This document shows positions 39,365-49,866 of a stretch of 64,000 nt of DNA, one piece after another. Made by a program: the position numbers and the translations under genes. The notes beneath the pieces were generated by a model. The model worked only from the letters and a program-made list of their open reading frames with translations. It was not told the origin of the DNA and did not search any database. The stretch spans positions 1,312,001-1,376,000 of the forward strand of contig CBDCMT010000001.1 of assembly GCA_965219095.1 (NCBI GenBank), written 5' to 3'. The stretch comes from Bdellovibrionales bacterium (lineage in GTDB: Bacteria > Bdellovibrionota > Bdellovibrionia > Bdellovibrionales > UBA1609). Positions within the stretch are counted from its first letter, which is position 1. Every line of letters begins with the position of its first letter.

Positions 39365-41680
39365 CTAAAAAGACGGCCCCATCAAAATATAAGGTTGACT
39401 CGATGAGTTATTCTCGTCCCCTATAGGAAAACCCCAACCAAAACGTAAAGGACCAATAGGAAGCAACATAAGTATTTCAAAACCAAAGTTACTACGTAAC
39501 TTGTCTAAGTCAAAATTGTTGCCTGCTGTTCCTATATCGTAAAAAACAGAACCAAAAAAATTCAACTCTTTAAAAATAGGAAACTGAAGCTCTGTATTAA
39601 GGTAAAACTGTTGTGTCCCTCCGTAAGCTACTGTAGCTAGAGCTGTAGCTTGTTCTTCTGTTATATCCTCCCTTTCTTTAAGAAGTTTGTCTCTGTAGGC
39701 TTTTGACAATTTTTTAGGGCCTATAGCAGACCAAGAATATCCCCTTAGGCTAAAAGGCCCTCCTACTAACAAAAGCTCATCAAAAGGAATTTTTTCTCCT
39801 AATAAAACGCTATAAGACATGTTATTTCTCCAAATCAGACCTTCTGAAACCTTTTTATAAAATCTGTAATTAGATTGGACTTTTGAATAGGATGTGCTAC
39901 TTCCAGTAAGGTTTGTGAAGACAAAACCCACACTTGCATAATGACCTTTTGTTGTGATAAATCTATCGTTTCTTCCATCGTAAGCTATCCTAACATCAGC
40001 AATCCTTCGATTTTTATTGGCTAAACTAATATCGTAAATATCGGCTAAAGTTTCATCCCCCAGTTTAGTACTTATGGCATTAAGAGAAAACCCTCCAGAA
40101 ACAACTACATGAGATGAAAGATAGCGTCCTGAACGCAGGCCTATACTATTTTTTGTACGTGAAAAAAGAGTGATATTTCTTGAGCGAGAAAAACTACTGC
40201 GAGATAACTCAAAAGTCGCAAAATACTTAGAGCTTAAAAAATAAGGCTCTGTGAAAGAAAATTCAAAAAAATTAGATACACGGGATGCTAAGTTAAAACT
40301 TAAATCAAAGATCTGCCCTTTTCCTAAAAAATTCTGTTCTTTTATCTGACCTGTAAAAGAAAAGCCTTGAGAAGGAGCATAAGTCCCTCCAACATTAATA
40401 AACCCCGTATGAGGTCTTTCTTTCACAAAGATTTCTATATCCACTTCTTTTTTTTTCGTTTTAGACAGTTTGTTATTCAAATTGATCTGATTGGGCTCGA
40501 AAAATCCAAGTCTCCTTAAATTAATTTTAGAGGCTGTTTTTTCTTTTTCGCTGTAAAGACTTCCTTCTTCTATATCTAACTCTCTTAAAAGAACATAATC
40601 CCTTGTATGATGATTTCCTTTGATAGAAAACCTTCCAAAGTTAAATTTCTGTCCTATTTCAATTTTGAATTTGACATAAACTTTATCTCCTTTAAAGGTT
40701 TCTAAAGGTATCACATTACAAAAAGCGTATCCATAATCCCCGTACAGAGATTTAATGCTAAGAAGTGTTTTTACCATGTCTCCGTAGGAATAAGGACCTC
40801 CTAGTTTGAGTTTAACAAGAGGCTTTAGATCATTTTTAGACAGAAACCCATTGTTGATAAAGTCAAAACCTCCTAAATAATACTTTTTTCCCTCTTCAAT
40901 TCTAAAAACTATACTTAAAGAAGATTTATCTTGACTCACAAACACTTGGGGTGGAAGAATTTTCACTTGCAGGTAACCTTCATTTAAATACATGAAATTC
41001 AATCGTTCAAAATCTCTTTCTAAAGCTTCTTTTTTATAAGTACTACCACCAAAAAGAGAGGAAAAAAGACCTGAGCTTGTCTTTGTTTCTATGTTTTCTT
41101 TCAAACGCTCTGTAGGTATTTTCTGATTTCCAAAAAATTGAATCTCTTCAATTTGAATTCTATTGTTCTCTTCGATGGTAAAGACAAGATTGGTTTGATC
41201 TTTTTTTCTTCTTTCGAGTTTGTAAGAAATTTTAACTAAAAAGAAGCCCTCTTCTTCGTACATTTTTTTCATCTCGTTTATGAAGTTTAAAATCTGATCG
41301 GCATCAAAAATACGAAGATCCTTAATGGATAATTTCTCTATCAGTTCACTGTCCTCAAACTCATCATTCCCTTCAAAAACAATGGATGAGATCATAGGTT
41401 TTTCTTTAAATTCATAAGTGAGAATAACTCCTGAAGCACTTTTTTTTCTACTAACTTTTATGTCGAAGAAAAACCCTGTAGAAAAAAGAGCTTTTACATC
41501 TTGTGTAACTTTTTTTAATGAATAATCTTTTCCCTTTTTTAAAGACATTTTTGATCGCACAACTGAAACCTGGACCCTTTTTAATCCTTTGATGCGAACT
41601 TCCTTGATGATAAGAGCTTTAGCAAAAACGGAGGTACTCAGCAAGGTGAAAAAACAAAAAAAATAAAACAGTTTTCTCAT
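39365..41680 (-). CDS. bamA: Outer membrane protein assembly factor BamA
   Basis: POTRA repeats (I.I.GN..T.D.V..RE), FTEPYF, LRGY, GPLRFGWG. Confidence 0.95.
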   Translation of the reverse strand: MRKLFYFFCFFTLLSTSVFAKALIIKEVRIKGLKRVQVSVVRSKMSLKKGKDYSLKKVTQDVKALFSTGFFFDIKVSRKKSASGVILTYEFKEKPMISSIVFEGNDEFEDSELIEKLSIKDLRIFDADQILNFINEMKKMYEEEGFFLVKISYKLERRKKDQTNLVFTIEENNRIQIEEIQFFGNQKIPTERLKENIETKTSSGLFSSLFGGSTYKKEALERDFERLNFMYLNEGYLQVKILPPQVFVSQDKSSLSIVFRIEEGKKYYLGGFDFINNGFLSKNDLKPLVKLKLGGPYSYGDMVKTLLSIKSLYGDYGYAFCNVIPLETFKGDKVYVKFKIEIGQKFNFGRFSIKGNHHTRDYVLLRELDIEEGSLYSEKEKTASKINLRRLGFFEPNQINLNNKLSKTKKKEVDIEIFVKERPHTGFINVGGTYAPSQGFSFTGQIKEQNFLGKGQIFDLSFNLASRVSNFFEFSFTEPYFLSSKYFATFELSRSSFSRSRNITLFSRTKNSIGLRSGRYLSSHVVVSGGFSLNAISTKLGDETLADIYDISLANKNRRIADVRIAYDGRNDRFITTKGHYASVGFVFTNLTGSSTSYSKVQSNYRFYKKVSEGLIWRNNMSYSVLLGEKIPFDELLLVGGPFSLRGYSWSAIGPKKLSKAYRDKLLKEREDITEEQATALATVAYGGTQQFYLNTELQFPIFKELNFFGSVFYDIGTAGNNFDLDKLRSNFGFEILMLLPIGPLRFGWGFPIGDENNSSSQPYILMGPSF

Positions 41681-41784
41681 AGAAACTTTTCTGAGATTAA
41701 CGAGAAAGTGTCCGTTTGTCAAAGTCAGAAAACATGGACCTATCTCCCTAACAACTTAAAATGATAGTTTTTTTAGCCACGCCC

Positions 41785-42468
41785 TCAAGATAAAGCCCAG
41801 GAGCCATCCTTAAGATTCAAAAGACGACTAAAACAAGAAGCAAACTCCCAATCATGGGTGACGCAAATGAGGGCAAAATTTCTCATTTTATGAATTTCAA
41901 AAAAAAGCTCTTCTATCATGCGACTGTTATAGCTATCTAGATTACCTGTAGGTTCATCGGCCAAGAGAATTTCAGGTTCATTGAAAAGAGCTCTTGCCAC
42001 AGCTACTCTTTGTTTTTCTCCCCCTGAGAGTTGAGAAGGGTAGTGTCTAACCCTATGAGCTAAATCTAAAGTTTTTAAAAGCTCATAGGCCTTAGACTCT
42101 ATTACTTTAAGATCTTTATAAGCAATGCGTCCCGGTAACATCACATTCTCTAAGGCTGTAAGCTCTGGTATAAGATGATGAAACTGAAACACAAAGCCTA
42201 GTTTTTGGTTTCTAAACAAAGCTAACTGTTTGTCTTTTTTTAAAAACAAATCTTCGTTGCGGTAAAACACTTTACCTTTTGTAGGAACATCTAAAGTGCC
42301 AAGAATGTGAAGCAAAGTGCTTTTTCCAGCACCTGAAGCCCCTACAATGCATAACGATTCACGCTCTCTTACGTCTAGGTCTAAACCCTTTAAAACCTCT
42401 AACTTCTTATTATCATGGGTTTGAAAGGATTTAAAAAGGTGTTCTACCGACAATAGCATTTCACTCAT
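41785..42468 (-). CDS. lolD: Lipoprotein-releasing ABC transporter ATPase
   Basis: GASGAGKS, GFVFQFHHL, LSGGE.QR, ADEPTGNLD. Confidence 0.92.
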   Translation of the reverse strand: MSEMLLSVEHLFKSFQTHDNKKLEVLKGLDLDVRERESLCIVGASGAGKSTLLHILGTLDVPTKGKVFYRNEDLFLKKDKQLALFRNQKLGFVFQFHHLIPELTALENVMLPGRIAYKDLKVIESKAYELLKTLDLAHRVRHYPSQLSGGEKQRVAVARALFNEPEILLADEPTGNLDSYNSRMIEELFFEIHKMRNFALICVTHDWEFASCFSRLLNLKDGSWALS

Positions 42469-43669
42469 AACGAAGTCCTTTAGCAATAAGATGCCGTGCT
42501 CCTTTTAAAGAAGGACCATAAGAGGCAAGAAAGCAGATAAAGAGCGAGGAGAGGACAATCAGTAAAATATCAGAAAAAAGAAAATTCACTTCTAAAACGG
42601 ACACATGATAAGTCTTTGAAGGTAGAAAGGACCAAATGTTTTGTGCCTTTGTGAATAAATAGGCTGCTAAAAACCCTAAAAAAACTCCTAAACAAGAACC
42701 TATAAGTCCTATAAAAAGACCTTGAAGACAAAAAACAAAAATTATTTTTTTCTCAGTAAGTCCCATGGATTTTAGAAGACTGATATGAGAGAATTTTTTG
42801 ACCACATTCACATATAAAGTTGATGAAATGTTAAAAGCTGCAATACAAACCATAAGAAGTAAGACAAAAAACAAAGTCATTTTTTGAATTTTAACAGCTT
42901 CAAAAAGATTCGCATAACGTTGCTTGTAATGAAGGATGTCATAATCAAGGCCTTGAGTGAAAAGAATGTTCTTTTTAAATTCTGATGCTTTTTGAGGATC
43001 TTTTAATTTCAAACGAAGCCCTGAAACTTGAAAAGGTTTTTTAAGAGCTTTTTGAAATACCTTAAGATCTGTCATAATGAATCTTTGGTTGTAATCAAAA
43101 CGGCCTAAATCCAAAACCCCTTTAACCCTTAACTTAATTTTTTTAAACTCTCCTTCTGTACCTTGAGCTATGAATAAAACTATAGAAAAAACATCTCCTA
43201 AGGTAAGTTTCATTTTTTTGAAAAAATCTTTGCCTACAAAAGCCCAAGCCACCCCTTCTTGGTAATCATCCATAGAAAAATGGCCCTTTAAAAAACGCTT
43301 CTTAAGGTTTAAAACATGCTTTACACTTTGAGGGCTTACTCCTTCTAACACCACACCAGAAATCTGTCCTTTATGGGTTGCCACTCCATCCATAAGGATA
43401 AAAGGTGTTGAAGCTTCTAGGTCATCTTCAAGGTGTTTGTAGGCTTTTTTTAAAGAATTTTCAGAACTCCAGTATTTTTGTGAAATCACTAGATGTCCAA
43501 AAGAATCTATAAGGCTAGTTTCTAAAGTTTTCTCAAAACCACTCACAATCGACATAGATAAAATCAAAGCTCCTACACCTAAGCTCAAGCCTAAAACTCC
43601 TAGCTGCAAAGTTTTCTGCTTCCAAAAGTTTTTCGATAAAAAATATTTTGCACTTAAAAATAAAATCAT
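42461..43669 (-). CDS. lolE: Lipoprotein-releasing ABC transporter permease LolC/E
   Basis: LGV.ALI..MSIV.GF, IAAFNISSTL, LKSMG; adjacent to lolD. Confidence 0.85.
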   Translation of the reverse strand: MILFLSAKYFLSKNFWKQKTLQLGVLGLSLGVGALILSMSIVSGFEKTLETSLIDSFGHLVISQKYWSSENSLKKAYKHLEDDLEASTPFILMDGVATHKGQISGVVLEGVSPQSVKHVLNLKKRFLKGHFSMDDYQEGVAWAFVGKDFFKKMKLTLGDVFSIVLFIAQGTEGEFKKIKLRVKGVLDLGRFDYNQRFIMTDLKVFQKALKKPFQVSGLRLKLKDPQKASEFKKNILFTQGLDYDILHYKQRYANLFEAVKIQKMTLFFVLLLMVCIAAFNISSTLYVNVVKKFSHISLLKSMGLTEKKIIFVFCLQGLFIGLIGSCLGVFLGFLAAYLFTKAQNIWSFLPSKTYHVSVLEVNFLFSDILLIVLSSLFICFLASYGPSLKGARHLIAKGLRYE

Positions 43670-44773
43670 GATTCTTTTAAAGACCATCTTAAAAAGGAAT
43701 CCACGAAACTTTGCAAATCACCATCTAAAACTTCATGAGGTTTAGAGGATTCACAAGAGGTGCGATGATCTTTGACCATCTGATAGGGAACTAAAACATA
43801 AGACAAAATCTGACTGCCCCATTCATTGGCTTTTTTTAAAGCATCCATCTTTCCTTTTTCTTCATCCCTTTTCCTAAGCTCTCGTTGGTAAAGGGCAGCC
43901 TTTAACATTTTCAAACACTCTTGTCTGTTGGCTAATTGGCTTCTTTGGCTTTGGCATTGAACTGTTGTATGAGTGGGAAGATGAACCATACGAACTGCTG
44001 AATCGGTACGATTCACATGTTGTCCTCCTTTTCCACCAGCTCTATAAGTATCAACTCTTAAATCCTCATTTTTAATTTCAATTTCAATTTCATCATCCAC
44101 TTCAGGCCACAAAAACACAGCTGCAAAACTTGTGTGTCGCCTTTTATTGGCATCAAAGGGGCTGATTCGCACCAAACGATGCACTCCCGAAAAGGCTTTC
44201 AAGTAACCGTAGGCAAAACTTCCCTCTACTAAAACCTGAACCGATTTGAGACCAGCCTCATCACCCTCTGTTAAGGAAAGAATTTTCGCCTTAAAACCTT
44301 GTTTTTCGCTATATTTGAGAAACATTCTCAATAAAATTTCAGCCCAATCAGAAGCCTCCGTTCCCCCAGCTCCAGAATGAATGGAAAGATAACTATTATG
44401 AGAGTCCATTTTACCACTTAATAAATTCTTGATTTCTAAATGAGACATTTCTTTTTTCATAAACTCAATGTTCTGAAACAATTCTTCTTGCATAGAATGG
44501 TCATAGTCTTCTTGTAAAATTTCAACTAAGGCTTCAGAATCTTCAAAGCATGAAGCTAAACTCTCCCATTGTCCTAACACTTTTTTTAACAAGGATTTTT
44601 CTTCATTGATGTTTTTAAGTTTTTTATGATCATTCCATACTTCGGGAAGCTCAATTTGTTTTCCTAACTCTTTAACTTGAGATTTTTTAGTCTCAATGTC
44701 AAAGATACCCCCTAAGATGTTTGAGCCCTTCCCTTATTTCCTGCAAAATTTGAATTTGTTCTTCGATTGGCAA
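43666..44773 (-). CDS. prfB: Peptide chain release factor 2 with programmed +1 frameshift
   Basis: SPF and GGQ motifs; TTG start at 44773 after AAGGAG; canonical AGG GGG TAT CTT TGA C shift site at 44698-44713. Confidence 0.96.
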
Positions 44774-45373
44774 AAGGCTTAAAACTCCTTAAAAAATTTA
44801 ACTTTTCATAGGAGGGCTGGAAAACCCTCTATAAAAATTAAGATAAACCAATTCCTCTCTGAAAAGCAAGCTCTCAAAACCTATTTTTCAAGAGAAAAGC
44901 CTTTTTAGCAAAAAAAGCTAAGGCCTTTAATGTCCTAAATATGGGGGCTTTTCCCACATGAGTTTTTTTGAAAACTTCAAAAGTACTGTTTTTTTCAATA
45001 AGTAATTTCTCTAATTTTTCCTGCTACATAAGGGGGATTATGGTTTATGAAGTCATCTCGAACTTGAAATTTCCTTTAATTTTTCTCACTTTTTACTTTT
45101 TTCTTTTTCTCATTGATTTTAGGCCTTAGAGATTTAAACAAAAACCCATTCCTATACTAGACATTTTTAAACCAAAAGAATAAAACCTCACCCTTTCATG
45201 CCCCCAAAACGCTTTCTTAAAATCCTTAACAAAATGAGAAAGAGCTTCTTCTTCAAAACCCTTTCTTAAGAGTCCTTGAAGGGGGCTTTTGTAAAACAAG
45301 ACCTACTAAGACCTGCAAAGATAAGAAGAAGGCTTCAACAACTTTTGTCACTATATGTCATTCTCTTTTAGAC

Positions 45374-45402
45374 TAGACAAAGCCTCTTAATTTACTTATC
45401 TT
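45374..45402 (+). promoter_or_regulatory. Putative sigma70 promoter of the rpmI-rplT operon
   Basis: TAGACA-17-TATCTT. Confidence 0.45.
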
Positions 45403-45495
45403 AATGCAGAGTAAAACTAAGTGCAAGGAGTGTGAAGTTGTAAGAGGTCAAAAAGAGTTTTTGTTTAAAAGCCACCTCTTACTGAAAAGATTTTT

Positions 45496-45687
45496 ATGAA
45501 ACAGAAAACCCATAGTGGGGCCAAAAAACGTTTTAAGGCTTTATCTAAAGGCAAGATCAAGAGAAAACAGGCAGGAAAGAGGCATTTACTTTCTCCTCAC
45601 TCATCAAAGAACAAAAGGCAACTAGGTCTTACAAAATATGTCCATCCCACAAATAAAAAAGCCATCAAAGCTCAGTTGGTTATATAA
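45496..45687 (+). CDS. rpmI: 50S ribosomal protein L35
   Basis: [13 protein letters not shown]...HLL. Confidence 0.96.
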   Translation: MKQKTHSGAKKRFKALSKGKIKRKQAGKRHLLSPHSSKNKRQLGLTKYVHPTNKKAIKAQLVI

Positions 45688-45697
45688 GGAGTTTGTT

Positions 45698-46048
45698 ATG
45701 AGAGTGAAAAGAGGGGTTGTTGCCAGACGAAGACGTAAGAAAATTTTAAAAAGAGCTAAAGGTTATTATTCAGCAGGTAGCCGGTGTTTTATTACAGCTA
45801 TAGAAAGATCTGATAGAGCTTTGGCTTACGCTTATCGTGATCGTCGTCAAAGACGTAGAGAGTTTAGAAAACTTTGGATTCAGAGAATTAACGCAGCCAC
45901 TAGACAAAATGGCACTAATTATTCGCTCTTTATGGGTGCTTTAGCTAAGTCAAAGGTGTGTCTTAATCGGAAAACATTAGCTGATTTAGCAGTTCATGAT
46001 AAGACAGCTTTCAGTATCTTAGTACAACAAGTCACTTCAACCTCTTAA
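45698..46048 (+). CDS. rplT: 50S ribosomal protein L20
   Basis: MRVKRG...AKGY...YAYRDRR...[21 protein letters not shown]. Confidence 0.97.
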   Translation: MRVKRGVVARRRRKKILKRAKGYYSAGSRCFITAIERSDRALAYAYRDRRQRRREFRKLWIQRINAATRQNGTNYSLFMGALAKSKVCLNRKTLADLAVHDKTAFSILVQQVTSTS

Positions 46049-46060
46049 AACTTAAATAAA

Positions 46061-47344
46061 ATGCTTGATTTGAAAGGTTTTTCTAAGCTCAATCGTAAAG
46101 AAAGATTTAAAAAGCTCATTGAAATAGGGGCTTTAACTTTAGAAGATGTTAAGTATTTACAAACCTCTAGCGGTTTGGATTTAAACTTAGCTGAACATTT
46201 CATTGAAAATGTTATTGGCTATTTCCACTTGCCTTTAGGTGTGGCTACGCACTTGGTGATTGACAAGAAAAAGTACACCGTCCCTATGGCCGTTGAAGAG
46301 ACTTCTATTATCGCAGCTTTAAGTAAAACAGCTAAATGGCTTGTTAAACAAAAAGCAGAGATCACAACAGAGGTCATAGGTCATAACCATATAGGACAGG
46401 TTCAAATTTCTGAAGTGAAAAACTTTAAAAAACTTTCAAATTTTTTAAAACAACAGGGAACAAACCTCATTGAAGACGTTAATAAAAAAATAGCTTATGG
46501 ACTTGTTCGTAGAGGCGGAGGAGTGAAGCAACTCTCTTTAAGAAAGATTCAACGTTCTGACAAAAAAACTATGGCTGTTGTTCATGTGGAGGTGAACACC
46601 TGCGATGCTATGGGAGCTAACATCATCAACCAAATTGTAGAGTATCTAAAACGTCCCTTAGAAGATGCTACTGGTGAAACTGTAAGTATGTGCATTTTAT
46701 CTAATCTTGTGGATACAAAAGTCACAAAAGCTTATGTAAAAATCGATCATCTTCCCGGAGCTTTTTGTAAAAAAATTGAAGAGGCAAGTCTCTTTGCAGA
46801 ACATGATCCTTATCGTGCTACAACTCACAATAAAGGGGTACTCAACGGTATTGATCCTCTCCTCATTGCTACAGGAAACGACTGGCGTGCTGTAGAGGCA
46901 GGAATCCATGCCTATGCCACACGCAAGGGCGGTTATCAACCTATTACTATATGGAGAAAAAAATCCACAAGTCTTTTAGGAACATTTCAAGCTCCTGTGA
47001 TTGTTGCTACTGTAGGAGGGGTTACGCATCTTCACCCTACAGCACAAATTAGTTTAAAAATGCTGGGAGTAAAGACATCTTGTGAGCTTTCAAGAGTTTG
47101 TGCTGCTGTAGGCTTAGTACAAAATTTAGGAGCCCTACATGCTCTTGTCACAAAAGGCATTATTGAAGGTCATATGAAGCTTCATATTAAAAATTTGATT
47201 TTAGGTGCAGGTGCAAAGAATGAAGAGATTCATGACTTAGAAAATAAATTGGAAAAAATTTTAATGTTTCATAAGAAAGTTTCTTTAAAGGATGCTGTAG
47301 AAGCTTTAAAAGATATGAGAAGAGAGCAGGATTGTTTAAATTAA
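46061..47344 (+). CDS. mvaA: HMG-CoA reductase, class II
   Basis: ENVIG, PMAVEE.S, DAMGAN, RATTHNKG..NG, GNDWRAVEAG. Confidence 0.93.
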   Translation: MLDLKGFSKLNRKERFKKLIEIGALTLEDVKYLQTSSGLDLNLAEHFIENVIGYFHLPLGVATHLVIDKKKYTVPMAVEETSIIAALSKTAKWLVKQKAEITTEVIGHNHIGQVQISEVKNFKKLSNFLKQQGTNLIEDVNKKIAYGLVRRGGGVKQLSLRKIQRSDKKTMAVVHVEVNTCDAMGANIINQIVEYLKRPLEDATGETVSMCILSNLVDTKVTKAYVKIDHLPGAFCKKIEEASLFAEHDPYRATTHNKGVLNGIDPLLIATGNDWRAVEAGIHAYATRKGGYQPITIWRKKSTSLLGTFQAPVIVATVGGVTHLHPTAQISLKMLGVKTSCELSRVCAAVGLVQNLGALHALVTKGIIEGHMKLHIKNLILGAGAKNEEIHDLENKLEKILMFHKKVSLKDAVEALKDMRREQDCLN

Positions 47345-48216
47345 AGACAAATCCAGCAAAATCTTTTTCAGTACCTAGTAAAACCTTTATTTTAGGTGAG
47401 TATGCTGTTTTGCTTGGAAAACCTTGCGTATTTGTTAACACACAGCCTCGATTTCAAATGGTTATTAAAGAAGGCTCAGGGCAATTTAAAAACATGGATG
47501 AGCGAGCCTGCTTATGGATTAAAAAGAAAGCCTCTCATTTTAAAAACTTTGACTTTGAGTTTCAAAATGATTGTTTCTCAGGAGGCTTAGGGGCTTCTAG
47601 TGCTCAATTTCTCATACTTCACCAGTGGATGAAAAAAACAAAGGCTCAAGAACTTTTAGAAGACTATAAAACACAAACAACACAAGATCACAGATCAAAA
47701 TTTTCCCCTAGTGGAGCCGACCTTATGGCTCAGTTCTCAGGGGGTTTAGGTGTTTACAGGCCTAAGCCTTTTAGTTTAGAAACACTAGGCTGGCCTTTTA
47801 AAGAGTATAGTTTTATGATTCTTAGAACCTCTTATAAAATAAACACCTATGAACATTTACAAAATTTAAAAGTCTTGTCCTCTTGTTTCTCAAATAACCT
47901 CTCCGTTCTTATAGAGAAATCCATTGAGGGTTTTAAAAAGGAAGACATTTTTTTATTTTGTGAATCTTTGAAGCAATTTTATAAAAACCTTCTTTTAGAG
48001 GGTTTAGTTTGTGAAATGACAGAGGCTTTAATCGAAGAATTTCAAAGAAGCTGTCTTTTTTTAGCTTCAAAAGGCTGTGGAGCCTTAGGAGCGGATACTG
48101 TTTTTTGTGTTTTCCGAAAGGAAAAAGCTAAGGATGTGAAAGAGTGGTTAAGAAAAAAAGATTTAAGATTTATAGCCTCTGAAGAACATATTTCAGAAGG
48201 CTTAAAAGAGTTATGA
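47332..48216 (+). CDS. GHMP kinase (mevalonate or phosphomevalonate kinase)
   Basis: PSKTFILGEYAVL, GLGASSA, SGAD, KGCGALGAD. Confidence 0.85.
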   Translation: MFKLKTNPAKSFSVPSKTFILGEYAVLLGKPCVFVNTQPRFQMVIKEGSGQFKNMDERACLWIKKKASHFKNFDFEFQNDCFSGGLGASSAQFLILHQWMKKTKAQELLEDYKTQTTQDHRSKFSPSGADLMAQFSGGLGVYRPKPFSLETLGWPFKEYSFMILRTSYKINTYEHLQNLKVLSSCFSNNLSVLIEKSIEGFKKEDIFLFCESLKQFYKNLLLEGLVCEMTEALIEEFQRSCLFLASKGCGALGADTVFCVFRKEKAKDVKEWLRKKDLRFIASEEHISEGLKEL

Positions 48217-49118
48217 GAAAAGTCTTTCGAGTACAAGCACCTTCTAACGTAGCTCTTATTAAATACATGGGGAAAAAAGATTTCTCTTTGAATATACCTT
48301 ATAACTCATCCCTATCCTACACTCTTGAAAACTTTTTTACTTGTGTTGAAATTACAGAGTCTCAAAAAAATCAAGATCACTGGAAACCTCTTAAGAAAAA
48401 GGGGCTTTATCCTATAAGCCTTTCTCAAACAGCCCAAAAAAGATTTCTTAAACACTTTCAATTTTTAAAAGAACATTTAGGGATTAAAGGGGTTTTTACT
48501 GTTTCTTCAGCTAACAACTTTCCCTCTGACTGTGGTTTAGCAAGTTCTGCTTCTAGCTTTGCAGCTCTCACAGCTTGTGTTAATGAAATGTTAGAAAAAA
48601 AACTTGATCCTCTTAAGTTAGCACGTCTGAGTCAAAGAAGTTCAGGTTCATCATGCCGTTCTTTTTTTTCTCCTTGGGTTCTTTGGCAAGAAAAGAGTAT
48701 AAAACCTTTGAACCTACCTGAATTAGAACACAGTCTTATCTTAGTGAATTCTCAAAAAAAGCACATTTCATCTTCTCAAGCTCACAGAAGGGTTTTGACA
48801 AGCCCTTTCTATCCACAAAGAGTTGATAGCACTCAAAAAAGAATTCAAAAGCTCATAGAGTGTTTAAAAAAACACCTCTGGCAAGAGGCTTTTCATATTT
48901 GCTGGGATGAATTTGAAGACATGCATCAGCTTTTTGAGACCAGCTACCCTGCTTTTTCCTATAAAACTTCAAAAACTAGGGCCATTTTAAAAGAGATTAA
49001 AAAAAGATGGAATCAATTAAAAGATGGGCCTCTTGTCACCATGGACGCAGGCCCCAATATCCACCTTTTGTGGAGAAAAAACTCACCCCACAAAGACTCT
49101 TTTTATTTTAAACCATAA
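48213..49118 (+). CDS. mvaD: Diphosphomevalonate decarboxylase
   Basis: SNVALIKYMGK, NNFP...GLASSAS, SGSSCRS, TMDAGPN. Confidence 0.93.
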   Translation: MRKVFRVQAPSNVALIKYMGKKDFSLNIPYNSSLSYTLENFFTCVEITESQKNQDHWKPLKKKGLYPISLSQTAQKRFLKHFQFLKEHLGIKGVFTVSSANNFPSDCGLASSASSFAALTACVNEMLEKKLDPLKLARLSQRSSGSSCRSFFSPWVLWQEKSIKPLNLPELEHSLILVNSQKKHISSSQAHRRVLTSPFYPQRVDSTQKRIQKLIECLKKHLWQEAFHICWDEFEDMHQLFETSYPAFSYKTSKTRAILKEIKKRWNQLKDGPLVTMDAGPNIHLLWRKNSPHKDSFYFKP

Positions 49119-49147
49119 CCTGTCAGATTAAGTCACAACTATTACAA

Positions 49148-49409
49148 TTAAGTCGATACAAAAGAAAACTTCACAGAAGAAGAAGTTCAGTTGAGGCAAT
49201 CATTGGTCATATGAAAATAGATTCTCGTATGGGAAGAAACTTTCTATTAACCCGAGTTTCGATTTTTATATAGTGCTTCCGTTTAGGTTTTCCTACAGAC
49301 AGCCGTCTTTATTACAAAGCTTTGAAGACTTTAGTTCACAGGGCTAAAAAAGAGGGTTTAGTTTTACGTCAAAGCTATAAAAGAAAGGCCAAGGAGTGTT
49401 TGTTTAAGA
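49148..49409 (+). pseudogene. Two IS5-family transposase fragments separated by IS982 and IS630 end stubs
   Basis: RRRSSVEAIIGHMKIDSRMGRNFL (to 49247) and PTDSRLYYK...GLVLRQSY (49292-49409); ACCCGAG at 49250, TAGTGCTTCC at 49271. Confidence 0.75.
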
Positions 49410-49489
49410 GTAACTGCTCACTCTCGTAAGTTTTTATTTAAAGCCATCTCTATGGCTTTAAATAAAAACTTAAAGGGGTGAGCAGTTAC
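49410..49489. repeat. 80-bp hairpin made of two IS66 right ends
   Basis: 38-bp arms around a CTCT loop, both ending in GTAACTGCTCAC. Confidence 0.9.
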
Positions 49490-49866
49490 AAATCGATGTG
49501 GAATCAATAAATGATATGCCGGTGGTTTTACTCATAAGGCTTGTCGAGAAAAGAAACATCAAAAAAGCCATGTCTTTTTTGATGTTCACAAATCGGGAGT
49601 AAGACAACATTTTAGGAAAATAAGATTTAAGATAGACTTCTGCAAACTGATAAAAGGCTTTAAAATTCCTAAAGCCAGAACTTTGGAAAAGCAAGATAGA
49701 GAGTGATAATTTCGCTGGGAGATAAGCAGAAGAAAAACCTCCTTTATTTTTGGCAAACCAGTTCTGGATGCTGCTGTATGAGAGGAGTTAAAATCATCGA
49801 CAAGAACATAAATTGATATGATATAATTAGAATTAAACATCTTAGACCTCCTTGTATGTTTTTTTA

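Noticed and set aside
41708..41730. TGTCAAAGTCAG upstream of bamA as an IS1634-type end
   Set aside because: Too short, with no matching opposite end
44698..44713. In-frame TGA in prfB as a pseudogene or alternative genetic code
   Set aside because: It is the canonical autoregulatory +1 frameshift site, and TGA acts as a stop in other genes
44780..45370. Long intergenic region as oriC or an sRNA
   Set aside because: No DnaA-box cluster or convincing structure; consistent with a divergent promoter region
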